Positions 12,936 to 25,379 are shown, counted from the first letter of the stretch. The stretch: 64,000 nucleotides of DNA from Antedon mediterranea (GCF_964355755.1 NC_092679.1:340201-404200); one strand, 5' to 3'. Made by a program: numbers and translations. Notes: generated by a model not told the origin, from the sequence alone.

Positions 12936-15900
12936 CTAGAGAGCCTCTAAGCCCAAGTTGCAACGACAATATAACATTTTATCTATGACGTGCCACTGAT
13001 CATCGTCCGGATCGTACTCCTCTACTCGGTTTAAGTATGATGACCCAGAATGACCTCCAACAGCATATAACTTATGTCCCATTACAGCTGCAGCAAGTCC
13101 TTAAAACAAAATTTGAAGATTAATTACAATGATGTCATGGCTATTACACAGTGATACACCTACAGACTTAAGTCTGTACTTGAGACAATAAGTGTATACT
13201 TTGGATGTGCAGTATAAACATACTAGAAAAGGTACCGGTACATCCAAATTTATTAAAATTAAAAAGCTGTACCTGTTCTCGCAAGATTCAACGAGGCAAC
13301 CACAGACCACTTATTTCTATTACAGTCATATCGTTCAACACTACTCAAATGTGCTGTTCCGTTGTGACCTCCAACCACGTATATACAGTTATGAAGTACG
13401 GCCACGCCAAAGTCAATACGCTTGTCCGCCATTGGTGCAACCATTTGCCAAGATTCGGTATCCGGATCATACCTTTCCACACTAAAATATAAATTGAAAC
13501 TTTGGACTCAAACTATTGTTCAAAATGAATATTTTTTTAACAAAAATATTTATACTTTTTATTTACTTTGGTATAAAATAATACAAAAAGCAGCAAAAGC
13601 ATTGAATTTATATGAATAAAAATAAATACACAAGACAGTGCTTTAAATCGTAAGAGATTTAGAATTGTTTAAGAACATACCTATTGATGTCTTGTCCACA
13701 TCCTCCAATAACATACAGCATACCATTTGCAACAACAGCTCGGAAGAAACTCCTACTTTTTAACATAGGGGGCGACACACTCCATTGATTCGTTGACGGA
13801 CAATAGCATTCGACACTTCTCATGTATGTTTCACCATCATAGCCACCGAGGGCGTATATCTTTCCTTGTAGTACAGCTGCAGCGTGGTGACTACGACATC
13901 GCAGCATGCTAGCTAATGGTAGCCAACAGTTAGTCTCTGGGTTCCATTGTTCAACACTGCTATCAATTTCTCGGTAGGTCATATTGTTCTGACAAGCCCG
14001 TACTTTGGATTTCGTACCTCCAATAATATAGAGTTTACGATCATGTACAGCAGTGGCATAGTCAAGACGTCGGAAACTTAAGGGTGACACTTCAACCCAT
14101 TCTCTTGTGTTTATATGGTAGACCTCCACACTGTCAAAAATAACATACGAGAATTACACTACTGTACCACCAAGTGTTGCGCTTAAGAACAATGGTTTGG
14201 TGGTTTTTATTAAACCTATAAAGAAATCTAACTATAAGGTTATTAATAATTTAAGACCGCAGCGAATTTACAATCATAACAAATTATTTTTGGCTTCTGT
14301 ATCCCTTTAAAGATTGACTAGCTGCTAAAAATATTGGATTAACGCCACAGTGAGCGTATGCTTAATTGCGATGCTGGCTTAACAGAATAAGCTTAATATA
14401 ACACCATCAACTTAATAAAGCCAACTAGATGCTTAATATAACACGCTAAGCTAAAATTGCTGTTCATAATATACCACAAGTGCACTGAACAGTGATTAAT
14501 CTTTTATTACTATAAATTATTGTATAAAAATAAAGGTATTATTAAAGTCCGCAAAAATTGTATTGATGAAAAAAGAATATAAAATAATAAAAGAATTATA
14601 ATAACATTAACAATAGGAGTGAGTGGACGAGCAGTTATGGCAAGGGTCAAGGGTCACTAGCTCTGGTGGTAGAACGAGTCACTATACTCAGTGCATGGTA
14701 GGGGCTCACTAGCTCTGGTGGTAGAACGAGTCACTATACTCAGTGCATGGTAGGGGGTCACTAGCTCTGGTGGTAGAACGAGTCCTCCTGGATTAGGACT
14801 ATACTCAGTGCATGGTAGGGGGTCACTAGCTCTGGTGGTAGAACGAGTCACTATACGCAGTGCATGGTAGGGGGTCACTAGCTCTGGTGGTAGAACGAGT
14901 CACTATACGCAGTGCATGGTAGGGGGTCACTAGCTCTGGTGGTAGAACGAGTCACTATACTCAGTGCATGGTAGGGGGTCACTAGCTCTGGTGGTAGAAC
15001 GAGTCACTATACGCAGTGCATGGTAGGGGCTCACTAGCTCTGGTGGTAGAACGAATCACTATACTCAGTGCATGGTAGGGGGTCACTAGCTCTGGTGGTA
15101 GAACGAGTCACTATACGCAGTGCATGGTAGGGGCTCACTAGCTCTGGTGGTAGAACGAATCACTATACTCAGTGCATGGTAGGGGGTCACTAGCTCTGGT
15201 GGTAGAACGAATCACTATACTCAGTGCATGGTAGGGGGTCACTAGCTCTGGTGGTAGAACGAGTCACTATACTCAGTGCATGGTAGGGGGTCACTAGCTC
15301 TGGTGGTAGAACGAGTCCTCCTGGATTAGGACTATACTCAGTGCATGGTAGGGGGTCACTAGCTCTGGTGGTAGAACGAGTCACTATACGCAGTGCATGG
15401 TAGGGGGTCACTAGCTCTGGTGGTAGAACGAGTCACTATACGCAGTGCATGGTAGGGGGTCACTAGCTCTGGTGGTAGAACGAGTCCTCCTGGATTAGGA
15501 CTATACTCAGTGCATGGTAGGGGGTCACTAGCTCTGGTGGTAGAACGAGTCACTATACTCTCTCAGTGCATGGTAGGGGGTCACTAGCTCTGGTGGTAGA
15601 ACGAGTCACTATACTCAGTGCATGGTAGGGGGTCACTAGCTCTGGTGGTAGAACGAGTCACTATACGCAGTGCATGGTAGGGGCTCACTAGCTCTGGTGG
15701 TAGAACGAGTCACTATACTCAGTGCATGGTAGGGGCTCACTAGCTCTGGTGGTAGAACGAGTCACTATACTCAGTGCATGGTAGGGGGTCACTAGCTCTG
15801 GTGGTAGAACGAGTCACTATACTCAGTGCATGGTAGGGGCTCACTAGCTCTGGTGGTAGAACGAGTCACTATACTCAGTGCATGGTAGGGGGTCATTAGC

Positions 15901-18900
15901 TCTGGTGGTAGAACGAGTCACTATACTCTCTCAGTGCATGGTAGGGGGTCACTAGCTCTGGTGGTAGAACGAGTCACTATACTCAGTGCATGGTAGGGGG
16001 TCACTAGCTCTGGTGGTAGAACGAGTCCTCCTGTATTAGGACTATACTCAGTGCATGGTAGGGGGTCACTAGCTCACACTGTCGTGAACAGACAACATTT
16101 TCGCCGTAGTTGTTTTATTATCATTTTATTATATTAATAAGGTGTAACAGTATTTTAAAATTGAAAAAAAAAATTTACTTTTAGTAACTAAAATTAAGGA
16201 TATTCAGTTCATGTGTGAAAATACTACAATTTATTTAGGCCTAAGTAAAGATTTTAAATTAAATGGATGAATAAGAATTATTTAACACAAAATAATCATA
16301 GCAAGAACTGCAATACTGTACTGTAGATATGATTTATAATACTACATCATCCCTACACATCAAATTATTCTTGAATGTTCTGATGGTTGTATCCTGATTG
16401 GCTAATACATGTATCTATTTTTAGAACTAACACACTGTAATGATACATAGATTAATACTAAACATTGCATTACATTTGTATTGGTCTGATGCTCTAAATA
16501 GCAAAGCTATTAAAACAGCAAATACTCTAGGCACTTGAATTATATTATTATTTTTATTTTATATATATTTGTCCTCACGATTAACTGGAAACTGAGGAAA
16601 TTCGGATTAGGCCCTCCAAGGACCCACGGCAGCCAGCAGTGCAGCGCCTACCATATCAGCACACCGGGAGACGATCCCCTACTCTTTTTGAATAGTGTAC
16701 CAAGTTCTTTAACGTGCACTGTTAAGTACACGGGACCAACGGCTTTACATCCCATCCAAAGGATGAGCCAATGAGAGTAAAGCATCTTGCCTAAGGATGC
16801 AATTAGTATGGTACAGATAACCTCGAACCCATGCCTATCACATGCTAGTCCGATAGTACCATTACACCATCACTCTCCAGTATATACAGCACCCGCCGCG
16901 ATTTCTGGACGGTCTCCCATCCAGAACGCAACCGGGCCCAACGTTGCTTAACTTCGGTGATCTGACGAGAACCGGTGTTTCAACGCAGTATGGCCGTATT
17001 AGATGATATTATTAATAATAATAATAATAATAATATTTATTCGGCAAAAGTTCATAAAGTACATTTTACAATTCATCTTGCCAGGAGCAAGTAATAGGCA
17101 TGAGCCCAAACAGAAAACTGCTCTTACTCCATAATTACTTATAAAATACAAAAATAACAAAACTAAGTAGCACAAATTAAGTCAAAATAAAACAAAACAA
17201 AGTTATAATGAGATACACCAATTAAAAATAAGCTGCATTGAATAAACAATATAAACAATTACAACTTAATATTTTGAGATCAAATGTTTGATGAGTTGGG
17301 CTTTAAAGTCTGAAATTGTAGCACATTGTTTAATTTCATTGGGAAGTTGCTCCCATAATCTAGGGAAAATAACAAACGATGAATTTAAAAATGTATTGGT
17401 CTTTGCCTTCCAATGTATTAACCGCCCTTCACACCTCTCACTTGATCTCACAAACTCATTAAAGGATGATGGACAGAGCAGGCCATGCATTATTTTAAAA
17501 CCTAATGTGAGTCTATACACTTTAAATATATCTTCAATACTTAAAATATTTAGGGTCTTTAACCTACATAAATATGAAGTGTCCCAATTTCCTTCTTTTC
17601 TGTACATAATTATTCTAGTGGCCTTTCTCTGAACCCTTTCAAGTCTATACATATGAGAAATTTCAGTAGGTGCCCACATACAACAACAGTAAGTCACAAC
17701 AGGTAGTATTAGTGCTTTGTAAAGATTTAGCATTGCCATCCAAGACATTGCTTTACTACATCTTGAAACAAAACCAAGAAGTTTGCTTGCCTTACTACAA
17801 ACATAATCTACATGAGAGTGGCATGTTAATTTACTGTTGATATATACACCAAGTAGTTTGAATTCATGGACTCTCTCCGTTGAATTTTCTTAGAATACAG
17901 GGACGGAAATAAACGTGAAATTAATAAAATAATTACCACAATCTATATATAATTATAAGTTTTATTTTTAGTATAATATTATACACATATCTATTTTGTA
18001 ATTAATTGTTTTTATTCTATTTTTATAAAAATTGGTGAAACTGTGAAATGGCAGCTTTCAGAGATGTATTGATTTTATCAGGTAATTAAACGTGCTAACC
18101 TGATTGGTTAATATATTGCTATTTTTAGTAACACAATTCTATAATTAGATTCATTCAAGGATACACAGTATTAAATTAGCAAACAGATGAACTGAATAGG
18201 TAAACTTGAACTGCTCAATAAACACTTGAGTAGCAGGGTTAGCATATCATGTCATTTTAAACAAATGGATTTGATCAGGCATCCAGAAGGGATACTCAAA
18301 CTATTATTAATCCAAGGTTCAGTTGTAATTTTTGTCAATGTTTGATAATTATCAAAACAGCATACAAGGGAGTTGTCCCTGATTATTATACCAGTCTCCT
18401 CCTTCACTCATTCATCAGTGGAAAATGACTTCCATATATTCATTCATATAAAAAATAAATCATTTGCATAAAAAATACATAGAAATTATGTCTACCTAAT
18501 CAGTCTTACACACACACACAGTAAAAAAACGATTCTTAGATCGTAGTTAGTAGGCACACACAGTTCTGAGCCATCAAAGTAGAAATATATAGCTCTATGA
18601 TAATAGTTAATACTAAACAGAACACAATTCATGAATTCAGACATGGACATTCTTGGGGAACCTCAGATAACTTAGAAGCTGAAAATACTGAACTATTCTT
18701 CTTTTCACTTCAACAAACTAAATTTAAATTCATAAAAACACCATAGTGTCTCTGAGATTTTGCTCAATGCTATATGAAAGAGACATTATTATATAATAAG
18801 TAGTAATATCGACATTAACAATTGTAATTCACACAAATAATCATATTCTTTGATTCAAAGACTTCCAACATAAAATAAAAAATGTTAAAAGCATACAGTC

Positions 18901-21900
18901 TGAAATTTTGATTTAAAAGCAATTCTATGAAATGTGATCGATATTGCTCAGTATATTTTAAATGGTTTCAATGTGAATTTCATTAATATCCATCAACTAT
19001 TTTAATTGATGGTTTTTAAAGAATTCTTATATTCAAACGAGAAGCACTAACTAGAAATATTGTCACGCAACTATGCAGTAAATTAAACAAGTTATTTAAA
19101 ACTTGTAACAAAATCTCTACTAGAGCAGGTCATTGACATTTCAGAATAATAATTCAAAATGACTTTATTGAGATACAATTCACAGAAAAGAAAATTATCA
19201 TTTTTAGTTTTTATTATTAACTGCTGATTGTGGTCTATATAAAAAGTATGATTGAAAGGAGTAATTGACCTGAGCTGTTTGTTGATGCAACAGGATGAGG
19301 ATAAACTAATGTTGTAAAGTATGATTGAAAGGAGTAATTGACCTGAGCTGACCTGAGCTGACCTGAGCTGTTTGTTGATGCAACAGGATGATGCAACTAA
19401 TGTTGTAAAGTATGATTGAAAGGAGTAATTGACCTGAGCTGTTTGTTGATGCAACAGGATGATGCAACTAATGTTGTAAAGTATGATTGAAAGGAGTAAT
19501 TGACCTGAGCTGACCTGAGCTGACCTGAGCTGTTTGTTGATGCAACAGGATGAGGATAAACTAATGTTGTAAAGTATGATTGAAAGGAGTAATTGACCTG
19601 AGCTGACCTGAGCTGACCTGAGCTGACCTGAGCTGTTTGTTGATGCAACAGGATGATGCAACTAATGTTGTAAAGTACATTTACAGTACTATAATTATAG
19701 AATGTTTCTTAATTCCCACTCACAACTTACATTGAAGTAAACACTCATAATTATAACACCATGTTTATCATGAAAGATACTGTATACTGTACAGTAAATG
19801 CATTAAAACTATTGTATACTAGTACTACTATTGTATAATTTTACCTAGTGAAGTCAAATGAAGAGTTACTGCAGTAATAACTTATACTGCAGTAATATAT
19901 GATTTAGTTTGCTGCAATTAGCTTCTTTTTTTTTCATATTTCTAAAATTTGATATGTTATTTGGAACCAAAAGTATATTAATTATTTATAGTACAAATAT
20001 TTAGTCAACATTATTTTTTAAATAAGAAATAAATGTTACTTAAAATGAAAAATGAAATTTATATTATTTATTAAGATGCATCTACTATATTATCAGTATT
20101 ACTTCGCAACTTTCAAGTGCATACTCTCGTAATACAAACAATTTAGAATCGTGTCTAGACTTGTCTGAGAATAATGAATAATCTTTTCTCTTTTTCCCCC
20201 AATTTGTTAATGATTTAATATAATTATTGTACATTTTTAGATTAATTATAAATATATCATTTTCATGGTCATTTCTATTTTAAAGGTCATTATCTGGTCA
20301 TCTGCTGTATTAGAGGCATTGTGATTTAAATTGTAACACTTTGAATCATGGAATATATTTTTTTAAAGAAAATAAAGAAGAATATTTTTTTAAATAACTA
20401 GAAACTGTATTTTGTAATTGTTTGTTTCTACAATGGAACATTCCTCGAGAAACATCTGTAAGTTTCACCAACAATTTATTCCTGGTTTTTAACACTCAAA
20501 GAAAAATATAGAAACCAGATGAATGACTGTATCTCAACAAATGTATTGTATTGTTTGCTAGTATCATTTATTTATGTGTAGCAGTAATTAGGTAGTTTTG
20601 CTCGGTTATTTTGCTACGGCAAAATTATTCCCTAACTTTACTAATAAAAATACTATAGGCTTACTGTAATTCTGGGCACATACTATTCTAGAAACTATAA
20701 ATAAACTGATACTACAGTTAAACTACAGTTGAAATACAGTTAAAGTACATGTGAACTACAGCACTACAAAACTACAGTTATTAACTACACTGTATTATAT
20801 TTTCAACTGAAAGATTGTGGTTTTCTTTAAAAATAAACCACACAAATACTGCATGTTAAAATACTTGGATACAGTAAGTGATTTATTGTACATAGAATTC
20901 AATATCATCTTTGGTATGCTACTAGCCAGCAGATTTTAATTTATAATTAATAGGAAGCAATCTATAAATAGCTTCAAATACATAGTGTTGATCTATTAAT
21001 AGTAACAATTATTATCTTGGAATTGAAGGCTCTAAACATATGAATCAGGTCCCTGGGAATTAATGATTGCTGGTAACTACTATCATTTTTACAATCCTTG
21101 AATTATTGATGCAATGGAAACTATAAGAATAAAATTCTTGACTTTTAAATGAAGCAACCAACCAGTATTTTTTACAGAAATGTTAACTCGCAATGCATAA
21201 TAATACTAATGATCATACAGTATAACTATATTTAATGTTACTGTAATGCACTTGTCAATTGTATGACCCACTATACGACCCCCGGGAGAGGTGCGTCATG
21301 GGTGCGTCATTTACAAATAATTACTGACACAGGGGTGCGTCAAAAAACCTAGATGGTACGTCACATCAATGAACAAGGTGTGTCAATGTCCGTCACTTTA
21401 CCACCCACCATATCATAAACAACATGGTCACAGTGCGTCAAAATGGGTGCGTCATGGTCACCTAAAGGTAAGTCACCTTTTTGACGCACGGGTGCGTCAT
21501 GGTATTCAAAAGTATGACGCACATCGGACAAATGACGCACCTCTCCCGGGGGTCGTATAGTGGGTCATACAATTGACAAGTGCATAATTGTCAATTAAAT
21601 TATCTTAATTGTTACCGACATAATTTATTTATAAGAAACTAATCAATATTTTGTGTTTAATAATAACAACAACAAACAAACATTTACAGTATTTCATCAA
21701 ATGCCATACAATACATAATACAACCAACCTAAAAGTCACTTGGCCCTTTAGCATGGTTACCTAAAAGTCACTTGGCCCTTTAGCATGGTTACCTAAAAGT
21801 CACTTGGCCCTTTAGCATGGTTACCTAAAAGTCACTTAGCCCTTTAGCATGGTTACCTAAAAGTCACTTGGCCCTTTAGCATGGTTACAAAAAATAATAA

Positions 21901-22845
21901 GAAAAAGTGAAAGTAAAATGTTTTCCTCTAGGAAGTTGGTCAATGAAAATTTTCAGTTAAAATTTTAACATACCTTTCCAAAGTAGCTGAAAACCCATTT
22001 TTGCCACCAACAGCACAGAGCATTGTAGCTGGTCTACGACAAGTAACTTGCGACTTTTTGTCACCAATTAATTTTGCTCGATCTTCTGACTTGTGATATT
22101 GCAATGCTCGTTTCACTGCCTCCTTCGCAACTACGCTTTCACGAACAAATTCATTGTTTTCATACAAATTTGTTAAGTACTTAAATGTCAACAACGGTAG
22201 GCGAATGTGCGAGATTAACTTTGGTACGTAAGCTCGTCTTCGATTTAAATCGTATTGCAGCCAACGTTCTAACATTTCAAAAGTGGTTTCTTCCGAGTCC
22301 ACATTTAAACTTTCACTACTCAATATTTTTGATAATTCGAGGGAGTCCATCTGATTAAATTCTTCACTATTGCAAAGATCCTTAAAGTTATCATAGATAA
22401 AATTGCATGCATATTCGTAGAGTTCTTTACAGGCGTGGGTGTCTGCAAATGTTGCAATTCCAATGCAGTTTATGATATGAATCTGATGTTTCAAAAACTC
22501 ACAACATTTATTTTTAACAGCTCGTATTTGTAGCAAATTTGCAGCTGGGAGTAAAGTTTGTACATTTGCTTCTGTAACAGATATTTTACCAGAGTACAAG
22601 AATTCCACTAGAGTTTTTAGAATACCATCATCAATTCCTTTTAGTTCTATTTCTTCTTTCTCCCGTTCGCAAAGGTTACCCGTCAACATAGCTTTAAAAT
22701 ACGGGCTACCGCTAGCTAGGACCAATCTATGTGCACGAACTTTTCTCCCCGAAACCTTCAGTGTCACATCGCAAAGATCCCCTGCTTGGCGCAGCTCAGC
22801 CATGCTCTTCAGAATAGACCTAGAAAACTCAGAAACATCATCCAT
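12936..22845 (-). CDS. KLHL28: Kelch-like protein 28 (BTB-BACK-Kelch), 4 coding exons, ~564 aa
   Basis: Exons 21974-22845, 13681-14130, 13273-13481, 12936-13099 (sum 1695 nt). BTB motif AHRLVLASGSPYFKAM. The segments LCAVGGKNG, MADKRIDFGV, VVGGHNGTAHLSSVERYD, GGHSGSSYLN and C-terminal CRCNLGLEAL match my recollection of vertebrate KLHL28. Confidence 0.88.
14654..16075. repeat. 52-bp minisatellite (~26 copies, with longer CTCCTGGATTAGG-containing variants), SINE-derived
   Basis: Unit TCACTAGCTCTGGTGGTAGAACGAGTCACTATACTCAGTGCATGGTAGGGGG in KLHL28 intron 1. Its core matches the SINE at 39759-40053. Confidence 0.95.
16540..17000 (-). mobile_element. Composite SINE: 5S rRNA-derived head, tRNA-like segment, Deu/Nin-like core and A-rich tail
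   Basis: Minus strand 17000-16885 reads TACGGCCATACTGCGTTGAAACACCGGTTCTCGTCAGATCACCGAAGTTAAGCAACGTTGGGCCCGG...GGATGGGAGACCG...GGGTGCTGTA (5S-like). It is followed by an A box TGGTGTAATGG and B box GGTTCGAGG, then GGATGGGATGTAAAGCCGTTGGTCCCG...CACGTTAAAGAAC...AAGAGTAGGGG...CCCGGTG (resembles the Deu core as I recall it), then an (AAT)n tail. Confidence 0.75.
16885..17000 (-). pseudogene. Diverged 5S rRNA-like sequence (SINE head or 5S pseudogene)
   Basis: Collinear with metazoan 5S rRNA, including box A (AGTTAAGC) and box C (GGATGGGAGACCG). It is diverged in the 3' third, isolated, and has no T-run terminator. Confidence 0.8.
17012..17885 (-). mobile_element. 5'-truncated CR1/L2-type LINE (end of ORF2 RT region, 3' UTR, (ATT)n tail)
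   Basis: Open frame ~17880-17266: HEFKLLGVYINSKLTCHSHVDYVCSKASKLLGFVSR...LYKALILPVVTYCCCMWAP...LERVQRKATR...PRLWEQLPNEIK...FKAQL. It ends in AATAAA followed by (TAT)n at 17012-17040. Confidence 0.88.
19243..19678. repeat. Composite minisatellite: ~71-74 bp base unit with a variable number of internal 10-bp GACCTGAGCT subrepeats, 5 units
   Basis: AAAGTATGATTGAAAGGAGTAATT(GACCTGAGCT)1-4 GTTTGTTGATGCAACAGGATG... repeated in tandem. Confidence 0.92.
21247..21584. mobile_element. MITE with ~53-bp perfect TIRs and TAA target duplication (PIF/Harbinger-like)
   Basis: TAA|TGCACTTGTCAATTGTATGACCCACTATACGACCCCCGGGAGAGGTGCGTCAT ... ATGACGCACCTCTCCCGGGGGTCGTATAGTGGGTCATACAATTGACAAGTGCA|TAA. Confidence 0.88.
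21728..21888. repeat. 32-bp tandem repeat, 5 copies
   Basis: ACCTAAAAGTCACTTGGCCCTTTAGCATGGTT x5. Confidence 0.95.
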
Positions 22846-23521
22846 TTTTATATTTAAAACAGCCTACCTTACTTGATAATTTACAGTCTTTAGCATAAGT
22901 CTATAAACGACGTCTACCCAATGAGAGTAAAAACGACAAATTGAAGTATTCTTCTTCTTGTTGTTCTTGTCAACATTTTGACGATCACATATCGAGTGTT
23001 TTTTAACTCTGTTTGTTGTTGCTGTAATTTGCTCTATAGCGGGCGCTATGCATAATTGTGTGACAGCTGGAGTCGAGTACCTTTTTTCAAAATTAATTAA
23101 GATCTTCGAAAAAAAAATCATCTTATGATAATTATATAATGTAAATTAATTCCAAGAATAAAAAAGCACACACACATACCCAAAGTACACACACAACAGA
23201 ATAGTTATTATATTCTGCAATTGGGTTTCTATTTACATAACGAATAATAAAAGAACTCATAAATATATGATCACTTTTTCCAAATATTTAAAGAGAAAAA
23301 CTATACATTATTGTACAGTATAATTATTGGGTTCGCAACTATCAACACAGTATATTAAACAAATGTTGAGAAAAACTATTAACTTAACTGATGGAACTTG
23401 CGATAGATACTTTACATCCCCTTTACATCATGTAATTGTGCATCCCTTTTAAAGATCATCATTTTATAAGTTTCATAAATCAGTGTTTATAGACACTTAT
23501 TTTACAGAAAAAAATGAATTA

Positions 23522-24629
23522 TCAACTCGGTTTTTTTAGTTCTGTCCAATTAAAACCATTTACACAGGTATAAGTCAAAAGTGTGCTATTCTTCAGTTTG
23601 ATGCCGTAAAGATAATTACGCATAGTGGCGGTGTCGCAAATTGGGTTAGTTGGAAAACCTCCCCCTTCTCCTAAAGCCATCATTGTCATTAGACATCGAT
23701 ACAAATCATTCAGCCTGTGGGGTGGTTTCATCCTCATAGTAGTTTCCGTTCTTTTGAAATCAAACGTCATCAATCCAGGTCCCGCGTTCTGCTGATGGTT
23801 CTGTTTTAAATAAAAGTAAGAAGAGAGGAAAATATTTTATTATGACTAGAATTATTGATATAACGATTAAGCGAAATCGGAAGACAAAATGTACACAGCA
23901 TACTTATGATTTTACCTGACTTTTAGACACGTTGATTGGCACTTGAGATTCCTGTCCAATGATGGAAACATCTGCATCTAAAGATCCAAGATCTTTTTGA
24001 GGGGTGAATAAGACATTCCTTGACGATGACGAAGAGACAGTTGTCTTCCTCTTCGTACACCATGATCCGCCGTTGTTTTCTAGGAATTGGGAATGATCTG
24101 CAATCAATTTTACTTGGATGCCTGGTTTTGGTAAGATTTTTTGCAGACTTCGTTTCCTTTTGAGTTGCGATTTATTTTGTGATGTTATGTTCACTGTCTT
24201 GGACTGCAGCTGGTGGTAACTGGATTTTTCTTCATTTGGATTTCTTTTTATGATGGCATCCAATTCGGTTTGTTCCTGTGCCATTTTCTTCATTCGAGAT
24301 CTTTTATTTTGAAACCAGATGTTTACAAATCTCGTGGACATGCCCCATCTCAAAGCTAATTGTGCTTTCTTCTGCTTACTCGGCCACGAATCTCGTAAAT
24401 ACAATGATTCCAGTTGAAGGAGTTGTTCTGGTTCAATTACCGTGCGTTTGCGGCGTTTTCTCTTTGCATTTTCGAGCCATGATGGGCAGGAATTTGGGGA
24501 TGTCCCGTACGCGGATCCATCTAGGCTTACGGGAATTTTACTTGATTGATCGAGTTTGACAGAAGTTGATCCGTTAACTTCAGGACTAGGCCTACTAGTA
24601 TCATCAGCTAAAACATTAACACTTGACAT
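23522..24629 (-). CDS. Divergent Q50 homeodomain transcription factor, 2 exons, ~330 aa
   Basis: Exon 23916-24629 (an alternative in-frame ATG lies at 24668) splices CAG|GTAAAA to TTAAAACAG|AAC into exon 23522-23800 in phase 0. Homeodomain: KRRKRTVIEPEQLLQLESLYLRDSWPSKQKKAQLALRWGMSTRFVNIWFQNKRSRMKK. Confidence 0.82.
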
Positions 24630-25379
24630 CTTTTGCTTGTTTATTGTTAAATGAATTTTGTAAATCATTTTTGTCTAATTATCGTGTATTTAGAACGATC
24701 GAATGCGCGCCACGTTGAATGCGCTGCGCGTACCAATTATAGTAGAAGCGCTAATTGTCGAAATTGATTGGTTAGAAATGTGCAACTTAAAAATGTACGT
24801 CACATGCGATTGTATGTATGGCTACTGTTATTATTTTATAATTCAGTTTAATCAATTTATCAATTTAACTAAAAATAGCATACACTTGTCATTTTAAAAT
24901 AGAATAAAGCAAAAAACACAAATTGTTGAATTTTATATTTATTTCTTACGAATTTGATCCAACATTAACACAAATATAAAATAGCCTTTAATAATATATC
25001 TGAAACATTTAACAAGTTTTAACTAGAAGTTAATAATTTTGGAAAAACAATATCAACTTACATTAACAACCATGTTTATTATCTGTACATTAATTTGTTG
25101 AAATTACACAATATCAACTTACATTAACAACCATGTTTATTATCTGTACATTAATTTGTCGAATTACAGAATATTAGAATTCCTTACAATCACATTTTTA
25201 TTACCTGATACAAATCAAATGTAGTAATATTCTAGTGATACATATTGGAATGCATACGATTGAAGAATTGTATTCCTCTCTACACTATAAATTGATTATC
25301 ATGAGTACTACTATTCATTGTCAGCACTCTGGATTATGTATAACAATTCTGCAGCAGCACATATTGTCTTCTTCGCACA

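Noticed and set aside
14657-15553. ORFs of 64-73 aa in the ORF track
   Set aside because: They are translations of the 52-bp minisatellite.
16535-16774. 79-aa plus-strand ORF
   Set aside because: Antisense to the SINE body; no protein features.
16885-17000. Functional 5S rRNA gene
   Set aside because: Single isolated copy, diverged 3' third, no oligo-T terminator, and it runs directly into SINE-like sequence.
19092-19661. 189-aa and 83-aa minus-strand ORFs
   Set aside because: Products of the composite minisatellite, with repetitive peptide and no domain.
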